A DNA stretch of 64,000 nt, taken from Leucoraja ocellata. Its lineage: Eukaryota. A program made the translations under genes and the position numbers. The stretch lies in contig JAWMAR010000268.1 in NCBI GenBank assembly GCA_036785375.1, positions 1,550,001 through 1,614,000 on the forward strand. Direction: 5' to 3'. The notes under the pieces were generated by a model. It searched no databases, was not told the DNA's origin, and was given only the letters and a program-made list of their open reading frames with translations. Of this stretch, positions 50,101 through 61,680 are shown piece by piece (the first letter of the stretch is position 1; the number at the start of each line of letters is the position of its first letter).

Positions 50101-51535
50101 AACCATCATCCAGCACACGTACAAGACGACAAAAGGAAAAATAAGGCATCTGTACAGTACAACTATCAAGTATACCTACATCTTTCTGCGCAAATGCACT
50201 GCCACTTGGTGACCTAAACACATTAAAAGCAAATAGCCCCTTCACTAAATATTAAAATTGCAACTAAATTCTGAAACATCTATGACCAAAATGCGAAATT
50301 AGTGGCTTGGACTACGAGGAATAAACGTCCCCCTTTTGGACTCGCGTTGCCCCCCCCCCCCACCCACAACCCACCCACCCTCACAGCCACATGTCCGCTA
50401 GTTGAGAAACAGAATTGTGTGACTCGATCCACACGTGGCAGGAGTGAGGCAAAATATACAACTGTGGGAGGAGAGATTCTGTTTCAAAGGCTTTCCGACC
50501 TAATGGAAGCGGAAAGCAGGTTTCCTGCTAGCGGACATACCAACGTTTCAGTTAAACCAGGCAGACTGTGAAACTGAAGTACTCCGTATTGCCTTTGAGC
50601 AGGGATTGATGTATACATAGCTGTCTGCACTCTGCTATCTGAAGAGCCCATTGTAACACAGCACCCTTTCAGATCCGGAGGGAGTTGCTGTCCACTCTGC
50701 TGGAGAACCCACTGCCCACTTTTGGACTGGAGGCTGGCAGCAATGCAAGTGAACCCCCCCCCCCCCCCCCCCGGGCTATGGGCCAGATATGCCAGTGGAC
50801 GCGCCTCAGCCTTGGACATCATGCCAGGCAGGACCAGGTGACCTGTGCCTTGTATCCAAACCAGCACAGCCCCCTTTCACTCACCACAGCAATGGCCACG
50901 TCCACGCCTCTGTGTCACAGCTGCCTGTATCTGCCTCAACGCAACAAGCAGGAGGAGGGCAGCCTGCAGAGGAGTCCTTTTGTTTATCTTTAACTGCGAC
51001 ATGTCAAATTTAAGCTTCACTCACAACAATTTAACAAGTGGTATGTTATTAAAAATGGACTAAGTTACTGTCATCCATCTGCCTTGTGTTGCCTTCCGTC
51101 TTTCCCAAGGCACAAATTAATGCAGGATTCCTTGCCTGGGGGTTTAACGGCAGGCGGCCAAATGGATCTGGAGCAAGCTGTGGCCCCGGCTACATTAGTG
51201 CCACATACTTCAGCGCCCTCTTGACACTGCGGCTCTCCTCGACAGGACTGTGGCACGTGACTGCTTCTAGACTATACAACATTAATCAAGGCTAAGCTGT
51301 TCTGCGCGACATTCTAATTGTATGAGGTGAATGCAGAATTACTCTATAAGGAAACCCACGTAAGGCAGATACTTTCATTACTACACAGGGACTTAAACGT
51401 TCAAAGGCAAAGAAGAACCTTTCCAAACTTCACTAAACTAGAACATAAAAAATAATGGCATGTGCCTTGGAGAGAGACTGCGCTTGTCGATCTGACCCCA
51501 TCTACCCAGGTTTCTACACAGGCAGCAGATTCAAC
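44137..51535 (-). other. Putative long 3' UTR of the WIZ-like gene
   Basis: About 7.4 kb without the SINE/LINE fragments common elsewhere; minus-strand AATAAA at 48020-48025, 45195-45200, 44153-44158 and 44137-44142. Confidence 0.45.
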
Positions 51536-51680
51536 CTATTTCTCAGGCTCAGCAGACGTGGAGATCTCTTCGCGAACAGCCTCCACCTTCGGGAAGTTCA
51601 CGTCCAGGATGTGTCGTTGAAGGTGTCTCACCCATTCTTCCTGAATTGAGAGAGGCCCATGGAACTCCACATCACAAAAC
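51536..51680 (-). CDS. WIZ: WIZ-like gene, terminal coding exon ([30 protein letters not shown]...)
   Basis: aaag|G TTT TGT...TAG; 145 nt; near-identical to the WIZ C-terminal finger [30 protein letters not shown]. WIZ neighbours AKAP8L in human. Confidence 0.9.
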
Positions 51681-51981
51681 CTTTTGGGAAGGAAAGATGC
51701 CACTGTTAATCTAATCAACTCACGGTTTGGCTGAATTGTTATCACACCATCCCACCCAGCAACTGCCTCTCAACTCATCCACACCCACAAATGTTGTTCT
51801 GCAACACTATTACCACAGCAGAAAGGTGTCACTGGTTACAAATCCTGGAATTCCTGTTGTAACACCATTATGTTCAAGGATGTTCTGAGAGTTAGAGATG
51901 AGCAAAAAACAAAACTCACCCAGGCCCAAATTTCACGGACCAATGGTTAAATGCATTTCACTGTGAAGGCGGCGCACTCAC

Positions 51982-52186
51982 CTGCATTTCAGAGTATAGA
52001 TGTTTCCTATAAATTTCACCAGTGAGAGCGGCTCAGGTTTCAGGACTGGAAAGATCACAGGCCTGACTCGGAGAGGTTTGGGTTCCTCTGACTTTGACCT
52101 GAACGTCTTTGTCTCCTTCCCCTCCTCTCGTTTCGGTGACAAGTTCTCTGTGTATATCGCTGGCTTTTGTTGCTTACGCTCATTGT
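51982..52186 (-). CDS. WIZ: WIZ-like gene, penultimate coding exon (...RVRPVIFPVLKPEPLSLVKFIGNIYTLKC)
   Basis: ttcag|AC AAT...TGC AG|gtgagt; 205 nt; SLVKF(V/I)GNIYTLKC is a WIZ signature. Confidence 0.9.
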
Positions 52187-53418
52187 CTGAACACGAAAGA
52201 GAAACCGTTAGCTTATCATCTTATTGAAATACATACACATTATATCCATTAAACCTTATGCAGAAGACAGCTTCAAAAATAATTTCAGATGTGGTAAACC
52301 TGCCTGTACACTTAAACCCTCCAAAGATCACTGCTTAACGAGCACTACATTACTCCCATGCCGTGGTTTATAGGGTTAAATATTTGCCAGTACAAAAGGC
52401 ACTTAGGCACTATTTAATTAAGAACAGTATGTTGACAAATATCTGATCCCATACCACTGGCTAAATGAAAAAAGACAAAATTATTCGAGCATCTGTGGGG
52501 ACTATCGTGCAGGGGGGGAAAATCATTTAACTAGAACAGTAATCCAATTACAATTCCAATGCAAGCTATATTCAATCTAATTGTGCAGAAACATATCAAG
52601 TTATTAGATTTCAGCTATACTGAATGGTCGTGTCTATTGTAGAGTTTTGGATGGGGGAAAAAAGTAACATTATTAGAATATTTACTTTTTTTTTAAAGAA
52701 TAAAAACTCTGGTTAATGCAAGTGGTAATTTAGAGGGTTTAACTGCTTCTACTGGACAGGACAGACAATTACTCCACATGTGCCAGGAATCAAGCAGGTA
52801 TAACAGTAATGCCATTTATCAGAAAGGTGTTCCCACAACACACGTTCAGATTTAGTGCCAAATGAATTCTTTAAAGTTACACTCTTTAAAAGGACAGAGG
52901 GAGTCAGTACAATCCATTTCTTCTACTCTCCTAACTGTTAACCAACCTTTCTCTGAATTCGTTGGAATCTGAAAATTGCGCTTGTGAGGTGAGTCACCAA
53001 ACCGCATGCAAACGGGGCTTGATTTCAATCTTATACCGGATTAACTTACTTACACATTACAATGAATTAAGCACCTTGGCTCCGTTTCTATACAGAAAAA
53101 GAGTGCAAGAACAAAAGGCACAATAAATACAATCCACTCACGTGCAAATTAAAACAAAAACTTACATACATAAGCAAGCAAAAGCTGCATCTAGTCCCTG
53201 AACTTCTAGGGTTAGGCTTTGCATTCTCAAGCACGTCATGGAATAGACGCTTAACTTCATTAGTGGGGACCAACTTCGTGTCTGGATTACAGCATGTATC
53301 ATCACACACAGTTTCCTTTCACAGTGCAATTGCAATTTAACAAGCTTTCTCTTCGGCACTGTCAAAGTTCACATTTAGTTTTTTTTTGGTTAAGTTATAC
53401 AAAGCCAAAGGGTCTCAC

Positions 53419-53592
53419 ATGTGTCGGTGAGTGCAGGTTCAGCCTTTTCGTGGAGTTCCTCAAACTGAGACAGACTCGGTAACTTCCTTTTCAATCCAGA
53501 TTTCAGATGGCCACGCATATGGTTGGAGAGGCCTACACCCGTGGTTAGTGTCACTCCACAATACTCACAGGTTCCTAACTTGACTGGGTGCT
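53419..53592 (-). CDS. WIZ: WIZ/ZNF644-type C2H2 zinc-finger exon (TCEYCGVTLTTGVGLSNHMRGHLK); not in the ORF track
   Basis: aacag|AG CAC CCA GTC AAG TTA GGA ACC TGT GAG TAT TGT...; a candidate donor ACA T|gtgaga gives 174 nt, phase 1 to 1, compatible with the next exon. 3' boundary uncertain. Confidence 0.65.
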
Positions 53593-53947
53593 CTGTTGTC
53601 CAAAATGAAATTAAGATTCAGTTACCACCCTGCCTTCCACAGTTTAATTCCTAATTTAATTTGAGGTTCTGGCAGGTCTCAGCCTAGTTCCTAGTGGACA
53701 AGAGCCCACAGCACTTCAAAGGCTCATTAATTTAGCAATGATTGTCTGCAGATTTCTTTTAGCGGATGGTGTGTGAAATGGAAATAGAAATTAACACATA
53801 CCACTTGGGGCTGCTCTTGGGACACCTGGGGGAAACGCAGGCAAGGAGAGAGAGCTAGTGGGCACTCTGCATCACGGGCGAGACCCTCTCTGACTAGGGA
53901 GTTCTCAACGACTGCAAAGCAGAAAAATGCTCCACTTTCACTCGCAT

Positions 53948-53949
<2 letters not shown>

Positions 53950-54023
<74 letters not shown>
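53950..54023. repeat. (CA)n microsatellite, about 36 units
   Basis: Uninterrupted AC run. Confidence 0.98.
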
Positions 54024-54026
<3 letters not shown>

Positions 54027-54300
54027 TCGCACATTCATTCCTCATCCATGCATCATGCCAGATATTTGGAATGGGAAAAAGATGCAAAGTAAAGGAAGCC
54101 CCAGAGCCCATTCAACCATCAGCATTTAGTCCACTCAACGATCAGCATTTTCTATTGAACAATTATTTCCTTCCAACTTATCAATGTTCTTCAATGCACC
54201 GTTTTTTGTTTTAAATTACTGCGAGATTAAATCTGGATACAAGGTTTACATTCAAATATTTTGATCCAGTCTTCGTCTTATTATTTGAGAAATTAACAGA

Positions 54301-54360
54301 TTTCAAACCTTTCAGAATCCAGCGCTTCTAATGAAGTGCTGGATTCTGAAAGGTTTGAAA
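54301..54360. repeat. 60-nt near-perfect inverted repeat (28-bp stem, 4-nt loop)
   Basis: tttcaaacctttcagaatccagcgcttc-taat-gaagtgctggattctgaaaggtttgaaa; one non-Watson-Crick pair. Confidence 0.9.
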
Positions 54361-54467
54361 ATTGAAAAGACCCCGTAACTGGAGAAAGGATTAATAATGT
54401 TAGCATGCATGGATATTTTCCAATAATTTAGCACACGGGCCTATATCTGTTAATTAGTATTGTTTTG

Positions 54468-54558
54468 GAAATAACTGCAGATGCTGGTTTAAATCGAAGA
54501 TAGACACAAAATGCTGGAGTAACTTAGCAGGACAGGCAGAATCTCTGGAGAAGGAATA
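54468..54558 (-). mobile_element. Penelope-derived single arm with ~11-bp TSD
   Basis: aactgcagatgctggtttaaatcgaagatagacacaaaatgctggag; flanked by tagtattgttt on both sides. Confidence 0.75.
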
Positions 54559-54874
54559 GTATTGTTTCTCAGCTACGATACAAACCCATTCACCCTGCTG
54601 GAATGAGCTATTACTGCATACAGCTCCCGCCCACCCAAGTTTGGCAACACATAGAGTAGTCCCCCAACCCTGTCCACAGATGGCCCACCTTAGTGCAGCA
54701 CCTTTTGGTCAGGCCCCAACCAGAAAGTCCCATTACATTCTCATTTTACCCCCAGAATTTCCATAATGGATAGACCTCAACATACATGGTGCCTCTAACG
54801 TAGCAAAGACATCCGTAAGCATTTTACAGGAGAGTTACCAAATACAAATATGATACCAAGCTAAGTAAGGAGAA

Positions 54875-55032
54875 AGGACACAAAATGCTGGAGTAACTCA
54901 GCATCTCTGGAGAGAAGGAGTAGGTGAAGGAGTCTGAAGAAGGGTTCAGACCCGAAACATCACCTACTCCTTTTCAACAGAGATGCTGCCTGACCTGCTG
55001 AGTTACTCCAGCATCTGCAGTTCCTTCCTACA
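54875..55032. mobile_element. Palindromic Penelope-derived short element with the best-preserved hammerhead core
   Basis: CTGAAGA-A-GGGT-TCAG-ACCC-GAAAC-ATC at 54934-54961 between inverted arms. Confidence 0.8.
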
Positions 55033-55419
55033 CAAGAAGAAAAGGACAACAGCCAAAAGACAATCCAAATGGCAGAACGCAAGGAATGCCTCGGTGCAGG
55101 CAAGAGCCTGAAGCAAAGTTGAATGATTTGCAATTCCAGAATTTAGGGCCTCAGCGTTGAAGGTGTAGCTTCAAATGGTGCAGCAATTACATTTGGGAAT
55201 AAAAAGGAACGCAGGAGAAAATGGGCTGCTGGAGGAACTCAGCGTGTCAGGCAGCATTTGTGGAGGGAAATAGAATGGTGGCATTTCAGGTTGAGACCAC
55301 TCATCTGGACTGAAAGAGATGAGATGGCCGTATAAAGACGTGAGGCAAATCTGTGATCTCCTGTCTTCACTTGAATGATCCAAGACTATATGGTGCTAAA
55401 GGGCCATTGGGATTTGTCA

Positions 55420-55515
55420 AGTCTGAAGACTGGTCCTGACCCAAAACATCACCTAGCCATGTTCTACAGGATGCTGCCCGACCCACTCAGTTACTTCAGC
55501 ATTTTGCATTTTTCC
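55420..55515 (+). mobile_element. Penelope-derived single arm with 12-bp TSD
   Basis: Starts just upstream of the core (tCTGAAGACTGGTCCTGACCCAAAACATC); ggatttgtcaag on both sides. Confidence 0.75.
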
Positions 55516-57129
55516 CAGGATTTGTCAAGCCCTGGAAGGGATTTAAACATACGGGAGCCAAGTGGGTAAGCAAGTTCAATGGGACGATGTGAAGAAGGTT
55601 ACAGACACCTTAAGCTTGGGCCGAGTTGAAAAAGAGGGGCCAAGCATGCACTGGAATTGGTGAGTCTGGAGATAACAAAGTCATAAGACTTCAGATGCAT
55701 AAGACTACAGCAGCATACAGCAACATTACCAGAGTTGAAATAGAGGTACTGGAATGGCAGCACATGGCTTGAAACACTACTGTGGGTCATGTAATAAACC
55801 AAACTGGCAAATGGCCGTGTTCACTTTCAGATACATTTCCGGGAGAGGGAAGGAGTCAACAGCTAAGAAACAGAAGCATGGCCTTAATCTTCCCAATATT
55901 TACTTGAAAAACATTTATGTTTACCCAGCCATGGATTCTGACAAGCTCTAATAGTTTAAAAACTGTAAAACGATGTCGGGGAGAAAACACTTGGGCCATG
56001 TGTTTGCAAGTGAAAATTAAAACCGTGATTTTCACTGACAGCTTCTTCCCTATAGTAACCCACTAAAGTCTAGCATACCCCCTTTGTGCATTCACAACAA
56101 CAATCTGGAAGCCAGTCAGATTCTCAACTCCAACATAAAGAGTATTTGGGCTATGTTCTTGGCCAGTTTAAAAACCCCAACCAGAACATTCTGCGGTTCA
56201 ATGAAATCTCAACTGAAATCACAACCAGTGACTACATTCAGTTTGTGGTAAGGAGATCTCAAGATCAGTGCTTGACATGAGATACAAGCCATTTTAAAAG
56301 CAACACCCATTGAGATAGATACATGTCAGAGCAAAACCTTGCAAGCCATGAATAAACACAGATATGATGCACTGCCTCAACTCAATCTCTACTTCGTTTC
56401 AATATTTAAAGAGATATCATGTTTCCTCGTAGCATAGGTTTAAATAGACTAAACTTCTGGGGCAGTTCCCAGCTTTTCTAATGGACAGATTAAAAGCAAA
56501 TACCAGCAAGGGCAAATTTCAGCTTCAAATTTTTGCTCTCATTTAAAATCGTAGGGAGGCAGTAACTAAACTGTTGAAAGGTATTTTGGAATACACTAAG
56601 TTCCCTCCCTTCACCTCCATTCCGTGCAGTTCAAATTCAGGCATCTGCTGAGGAAAAATGTTCTCAGTGATGGGACTATCAATGCAACGATACAATTAAA
56701 AAGTTAAAAGCTAATCCACTGATATACAAGCAAAGTTGCAGCTCACAACCAGGACCACAGGATCGGTTTTGCTGTATTTTGTGGGGAGGGCTAACACAAA
56801 GTATTGCTGCTAACTCAAATGTGGTAGCAAATTTGTTAAAACATTAAAATAACTACTCCTGCCACTCTTATCCAATCAGTTCCAGTAAGAATGTTTTAGA
56901 CCAGGTAATATTAATTTTGGTATGAAGATATTTTAAACAAACAAACTGCTAAAAAAGCAGCATGAGTAATAAACGATTACAAGTAAGTAGCAAAGAGGAG
57001 GATGACCGAATGTTTAGTGCAGAAGGCAACAGCTTATTTTCTGGGTGAGAAATTGCATTCGAAACAGTTCACCTGAAACAAGAATTAATCATTTCCTCAA
57101 TGGCGAATTCCTAAACATATAGCATGTTG

Positions 57130-57349
57130 TTTAAGAAGGAACTGCAGATGCTGGAAAATCGAAGGTAGACAAAAGTGCTGGAGAAATTCAGCGGGTGCAG
57201 CAGCATCTAGGGAGCAAAGGAAATAGGCAACGTTTTGGGCCGAAACCCTTCTTCAGACTGAAGAAGGGTTTCAGCCCAAAACGTTGCCTATTTCCTTCGC
57301 TCCATATATGCTGCTGCACCCGATGAGTTTCTCCAGCATTTGTGTGTAC
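57130..57349. mobile_element. Palindromic Penelope-derived short element, subfamily B, cores on both strands, 14-bp TSD
   Basis: ...ccgaaacccttcttcagaCTGAAGAAGGGTTTCAGCCCAAAACGTT...; direct repeat catatagcatgttg at 57116-57129 and 57350-57363. Confidence 0.88.
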
Positions 57350-58187
57350 CATATAGCATGTTGAGCAGCACCACACAGGAACAAGCCATTTAACCGATAA
57401 TGTCCATGCTGATCATGATACCAAGTTAAACTGATCTCTGCTTGCACGTGATTCACATCCCTCTATATCCATGTCCCTATCTAAAAACCCCTTAAACACC
57501 ACTTTTGTATCTACCTCCACCCCTGTTTAAGAAAAACTAGCCCCTGCACACGTTTAAACTTTGCCCTTCTGGACTTAATCTATGTCCTCTAGGCTGTGTC
57601 ATTTTCGTCTACCCTATCATAATTGTACGTACTTCCATCAGGTCTTAATGGATCCACAGGGAAAAGCAGCAGACTGAATCGGAAAGTGTGAGCAAGCATC
57701 CGGTGCCATTAATAAACGGTAACTTGAGCCACAGTGTCTGGACTTGCGATCAGAGAGAAGCAATCACATTTGTATTATGTCAGAAATCATCTTGTTGATT
57801 AGCTGAAACTACTGGTCAGGATAGCAACTCTGCACTTCCACCTATGGACTGCTAACAACTGGCTGACAAGCTGCTAGGAAATCACTGCATTACTGCAAAT
57901 AGTATTCACATGCTTTATATTAATAAAGGTCATTGCAGTTTTAATAAATTCCACCTACTTCCAAACTCTGAACTTCATCGCTTGGAATTTTCTGTTTGAA
58001 ACCAGAACTTATTTAAATAGCCAGAGGGGGAAACATTAGAAATCAGGAAGGTGAAGGTTACCAACCAGAAGGGAAGCATTAACTCTTTTTCTCTCCACAG
58101 ATGCGACAGTTTTATTATTAAATCAATGAAAGAAAGAGGGCAAGACAAGTACATGGATGATTTTAAAACAAGGGCATAAACATTTAA

Positions 58188-58634
58188 AGGGCATGTCCCA
58201 CTCGGGCGACCTAATCCGTGAGTTCTGGCGAGTTTGCCCTCGACTCACACTCGCAGCATGGTCGACACGAGGTCGTAGGAGGTCTTCGTAACTCTCCTTC
58301 ATGCTCGACAGTGGTCTCCACGTACTCGAGGCCTCAGCTAGTAAAAAAAGGTCGCCATGGAAAAAAATCTATACTTTTTTTACTCGTAGGTTTAGTCGTA
58401 GTAGGTCGGCATGTTAGTCGTAGGTAATCGAGGGTAGTCTAAGGTAGTCAAAGGGAGGTCGAAGGAGGTTTCACTCTCCACTATTCGGAGTCCAATTTTC
58501 CCGAAGTTAGTCGTAGCTAGTCTTCTACATAGTCGAAGGAGGTCTTCTACATAGTCGAAAGAGGTCGTCAACATGGCATTTTTTTTGAACTCTTCTAAAC
58601 TCGCCAGTTAGGTCGCACAATTGGGATAGCCCCT
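58188..58634. mobile_element. PIF/Harbinger-type MITE with TAA TSD
   Basis: TAA-AGGGCATGTCCCACTCGGGCGACCTAA ... TTAGGTCGCACAATTGGGATAGCCCCT-TAA; terminal repeats related to the 19685-20746 element. Confidence 0.82.
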
Positions 58635-61494
58635 TAAGTCTATGTCTTGTTATATTCTGAGTAACCCTAGTATTTTATGTTTCTATTTCAAATTCACAGC
58701 ATTTATATGATTTTGCTTTTCAACATTCTACTTGCAATTAGTCTATCAACGTACTGAGTAATCAGTTAAATATTGTGCCATCAAGTCAACAATTCCGTAG
58801 ATTATTTTTTCATTCAAGGACTATATACGCATTCAAACATTACGAAGTAAAGAAATCACAGGAAATCATTACGATTCAAGATTGGACATCAAATTAAAGA
58901 AATATTAGGGCAGAAGACCAACATTTTGGGCAAAGGTAAGTTTTAAAACATCTTGCAGGAGAGAGAAATTGATTGATATAGAAAGAGAATTCCAAGTGAT
59001 GAAATCTAGATTACAGACAAGGATATAATTTCTTTAAGTACAGGCATCATAGTTTTAGAAGTAAAGGAAATTAAAGCAAGAGGATGAGACAAGGACGTGG
59101 AATGATTTAAAACAATGGCACAAACTTTTAAGTCTTTGTCTTGTTATGTTATGACCCATTTAAAAATAAAACTTATTAGTAGGTTGGATGTCACTGGCGT
59201 CACCGGCATTGACTGTCCATTCTTATTTGCCCCTGAAATAAGAATGTAACTAAAAATCCACAACATTGAGAGAACGGCCAAACGAGCAATGGGCCCTAGG
59301 GCAAGTTAAGACAAGCGTAGCAGGGTATGGGAGAATGGCGACAACAGAAATAGTTTAGAAGTGTCTAGATGAATAACGGGATGGATGAAAGTTACAGCAG
59401 GGGTGATGCAGGTAAAGTTATAGAATTCAAAGTATAATGAAGGGCTGACCAGCGGTAGAAGCTTATTTCAGGCTCAAGTACAACACCAAGGTTGTGTAAA
59501 CTTTGATTCGGCCTTCGCTTATTGCCAGGAAGTAAAATTGAGTCAATGCCTTGGGAACTGAGTTTGGTCCGAAAACAATGGCTTCTAACAAGAGCATTTC
59601 CTTTTATAAACTTCTCAATTGTTGTCTTGATCCATTAGGATTCAAATTATGAAGCAACATATGCACCAACAACTGCAATAAAAATGGGTTTTTGTGAAGG
59701 CAAAATTCCAAGATAAAATTTGGCAACTTTATTAGAATGCCAAATAAAACACAAAAGATGAGCCGCAAGATCTTAGAAAATCTTTGTTATTTGCAACAAA
59801 GCTAAGCTGCACTAGTCTATCTTCTGAAGGAATAAATCCAAGTACTAAACATGAATTAGACATAATTAGGTTTACCCAAACCAAAATGAAGGCAAACAAA
59901 ACTCTACATTTCAGCTTCTTTCATTAAGTTGATATGAGGATACTGATCTCAAGTATGGGTTTTGAGTTAATTTGCTGGAGATAATTCCAGGTTGCAGAGA
60001 CGTGGTAAATTACAGCTTCAGTGCAGAAACTAATAGAGTTATTAAATGCAGTGTTGTTGAAACAGTCATGCAATCAAGAAAAAATGTCTAACTCTAAAGA
60101 AATCTCTGGAGCATCTGCAATCATCAGTAACTAGCATGCAGTCCTCCAATCTTCAAGGAAATAAATCTTGCACAACATAAATATTTGTGGCCATGCTGCT
60201 GACCAAGTTATAGATCTAAAAAGAGCCACATTAAATGGTGAACTTCCATCAAATCAAAATGAAGAGTCTCTGACTATAAAAGTAGAGGTTAGCTTACCTT
60301 CTATTATGAACTTAAATATTTTTATGAATTTAAATTATGAATGACATTTTTTGATACTTTTATGCATTCTTGGGTCAAAACTTTTATCCTTCCAGCTTAT
60401 AATGAAGCACATGTCACTATTTATCTTACTTGAGAACGTGCACTAAATTAAATAGCTTTTTAATGTAGATTTCCTTGCAATATTAGTTTTTGTACTTTTT
60501 TTAAAATCGTTTACTTGCATGAATTAAAACGTTTACTGGGTTTTATCCCTCAAGTTTATTTTACAATGGATAGTGTCAAACAATTAGAAATTCAAAAGTC
60601 AGAAATACCGCTGGAATATTTAATATTTAAAAATGCCTTAATTATGATCTCCCATTCCTCACTTCTAGGTTTGCCATTACCTTTCATAGCTTTTGACAAT
60701 TCATAGAACTTAATAAATTTAGTGAAGTGTTTGGTGTGGGATTAAAAAAAATGTATACTGATTTTTTGTTTGATCAATCATCTCCCAAGCATCTATGGCA
60801 GAACTGGAAACCAAAATGAAAAGTAGGAATTTTCTCCGGGTGCTCTCAAACAAAAGTAATTTAGGCCTGCAAAAATACTTGCATAATACCAAGTAAATGA
60901 GTATTGTTGTTTTATTCAATGAATCTGACATCAACACCTGAACCTTCTGAATATGTACAGCTTAAGAGTTTGATAAATCATTTTGGCTGCTATTAACGGA
61001 TGCAGCTGGTTCCTCTTATTATTTTATTGTTCCTTCACTCCTATCCAATTTTAGAATAATAAAGTCTGAACAAGTCTATTGAATCCTGAGTGCAAAGTCC
61101 ACATTTTCAACACCAGAGGGCTGAAGATTTACCTGAATATTAACCGACCGTGAACTTTTAATGTTTAAAGCTAGCTTTACATAAAACGAGAGACCCAGAA
61201 AAAAAATCAAATTTCACATGGGTACCTCCATGAAGTAAAGATTAAAGCTTCCTCTGGTCACTAATTCCTCTGCTATATTCCACTGTTCACTTCAACCATT
61301 CATCTCACTTTGACAAACTTTCTAACCTTAATCAGCAAGGTGGAAAAAGAGGCATCTCCTCATGAAGCATTATTCGCAATAATTAACTATCTGTGTTTAT
61401 GCTAGAAACACGATGAGGAAATATCTATAATGTTACTCCCATCCATTCCATGGGGATAAATAACTAACATATCATATGGAAAATAACCATACTG

Positions 61495-61680
61495 TCACAG
61501 AGTCATACCCTTTGGCCCAACTTGCCCATTCTGACCAAGATGCCCCCCACTAGTCCCACCTGCCCTCCAAGCATTTCCTATCCACATACGTGTCCAAATG
61601 TCTTTTCAATATTGTTATAATACCTGCCTCAACTACTCTCTTCTGGCTGCTGGTTACATTTACCCACCCTCTACGTGGAA
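61495..61680 (-). mobile_element. CR1-type LINE 3' fragment
   Basis: Reverse-complement homolog of 32640-32845 (ggcccaacttgccc...accaagatgcccc...tacctgcctcaacta). Confidence 0.75.

Noticed and set aside
53927-54214. ORF with a THTHTH repeat
   Set aside because: Translation of the (CA)n microsatellite.
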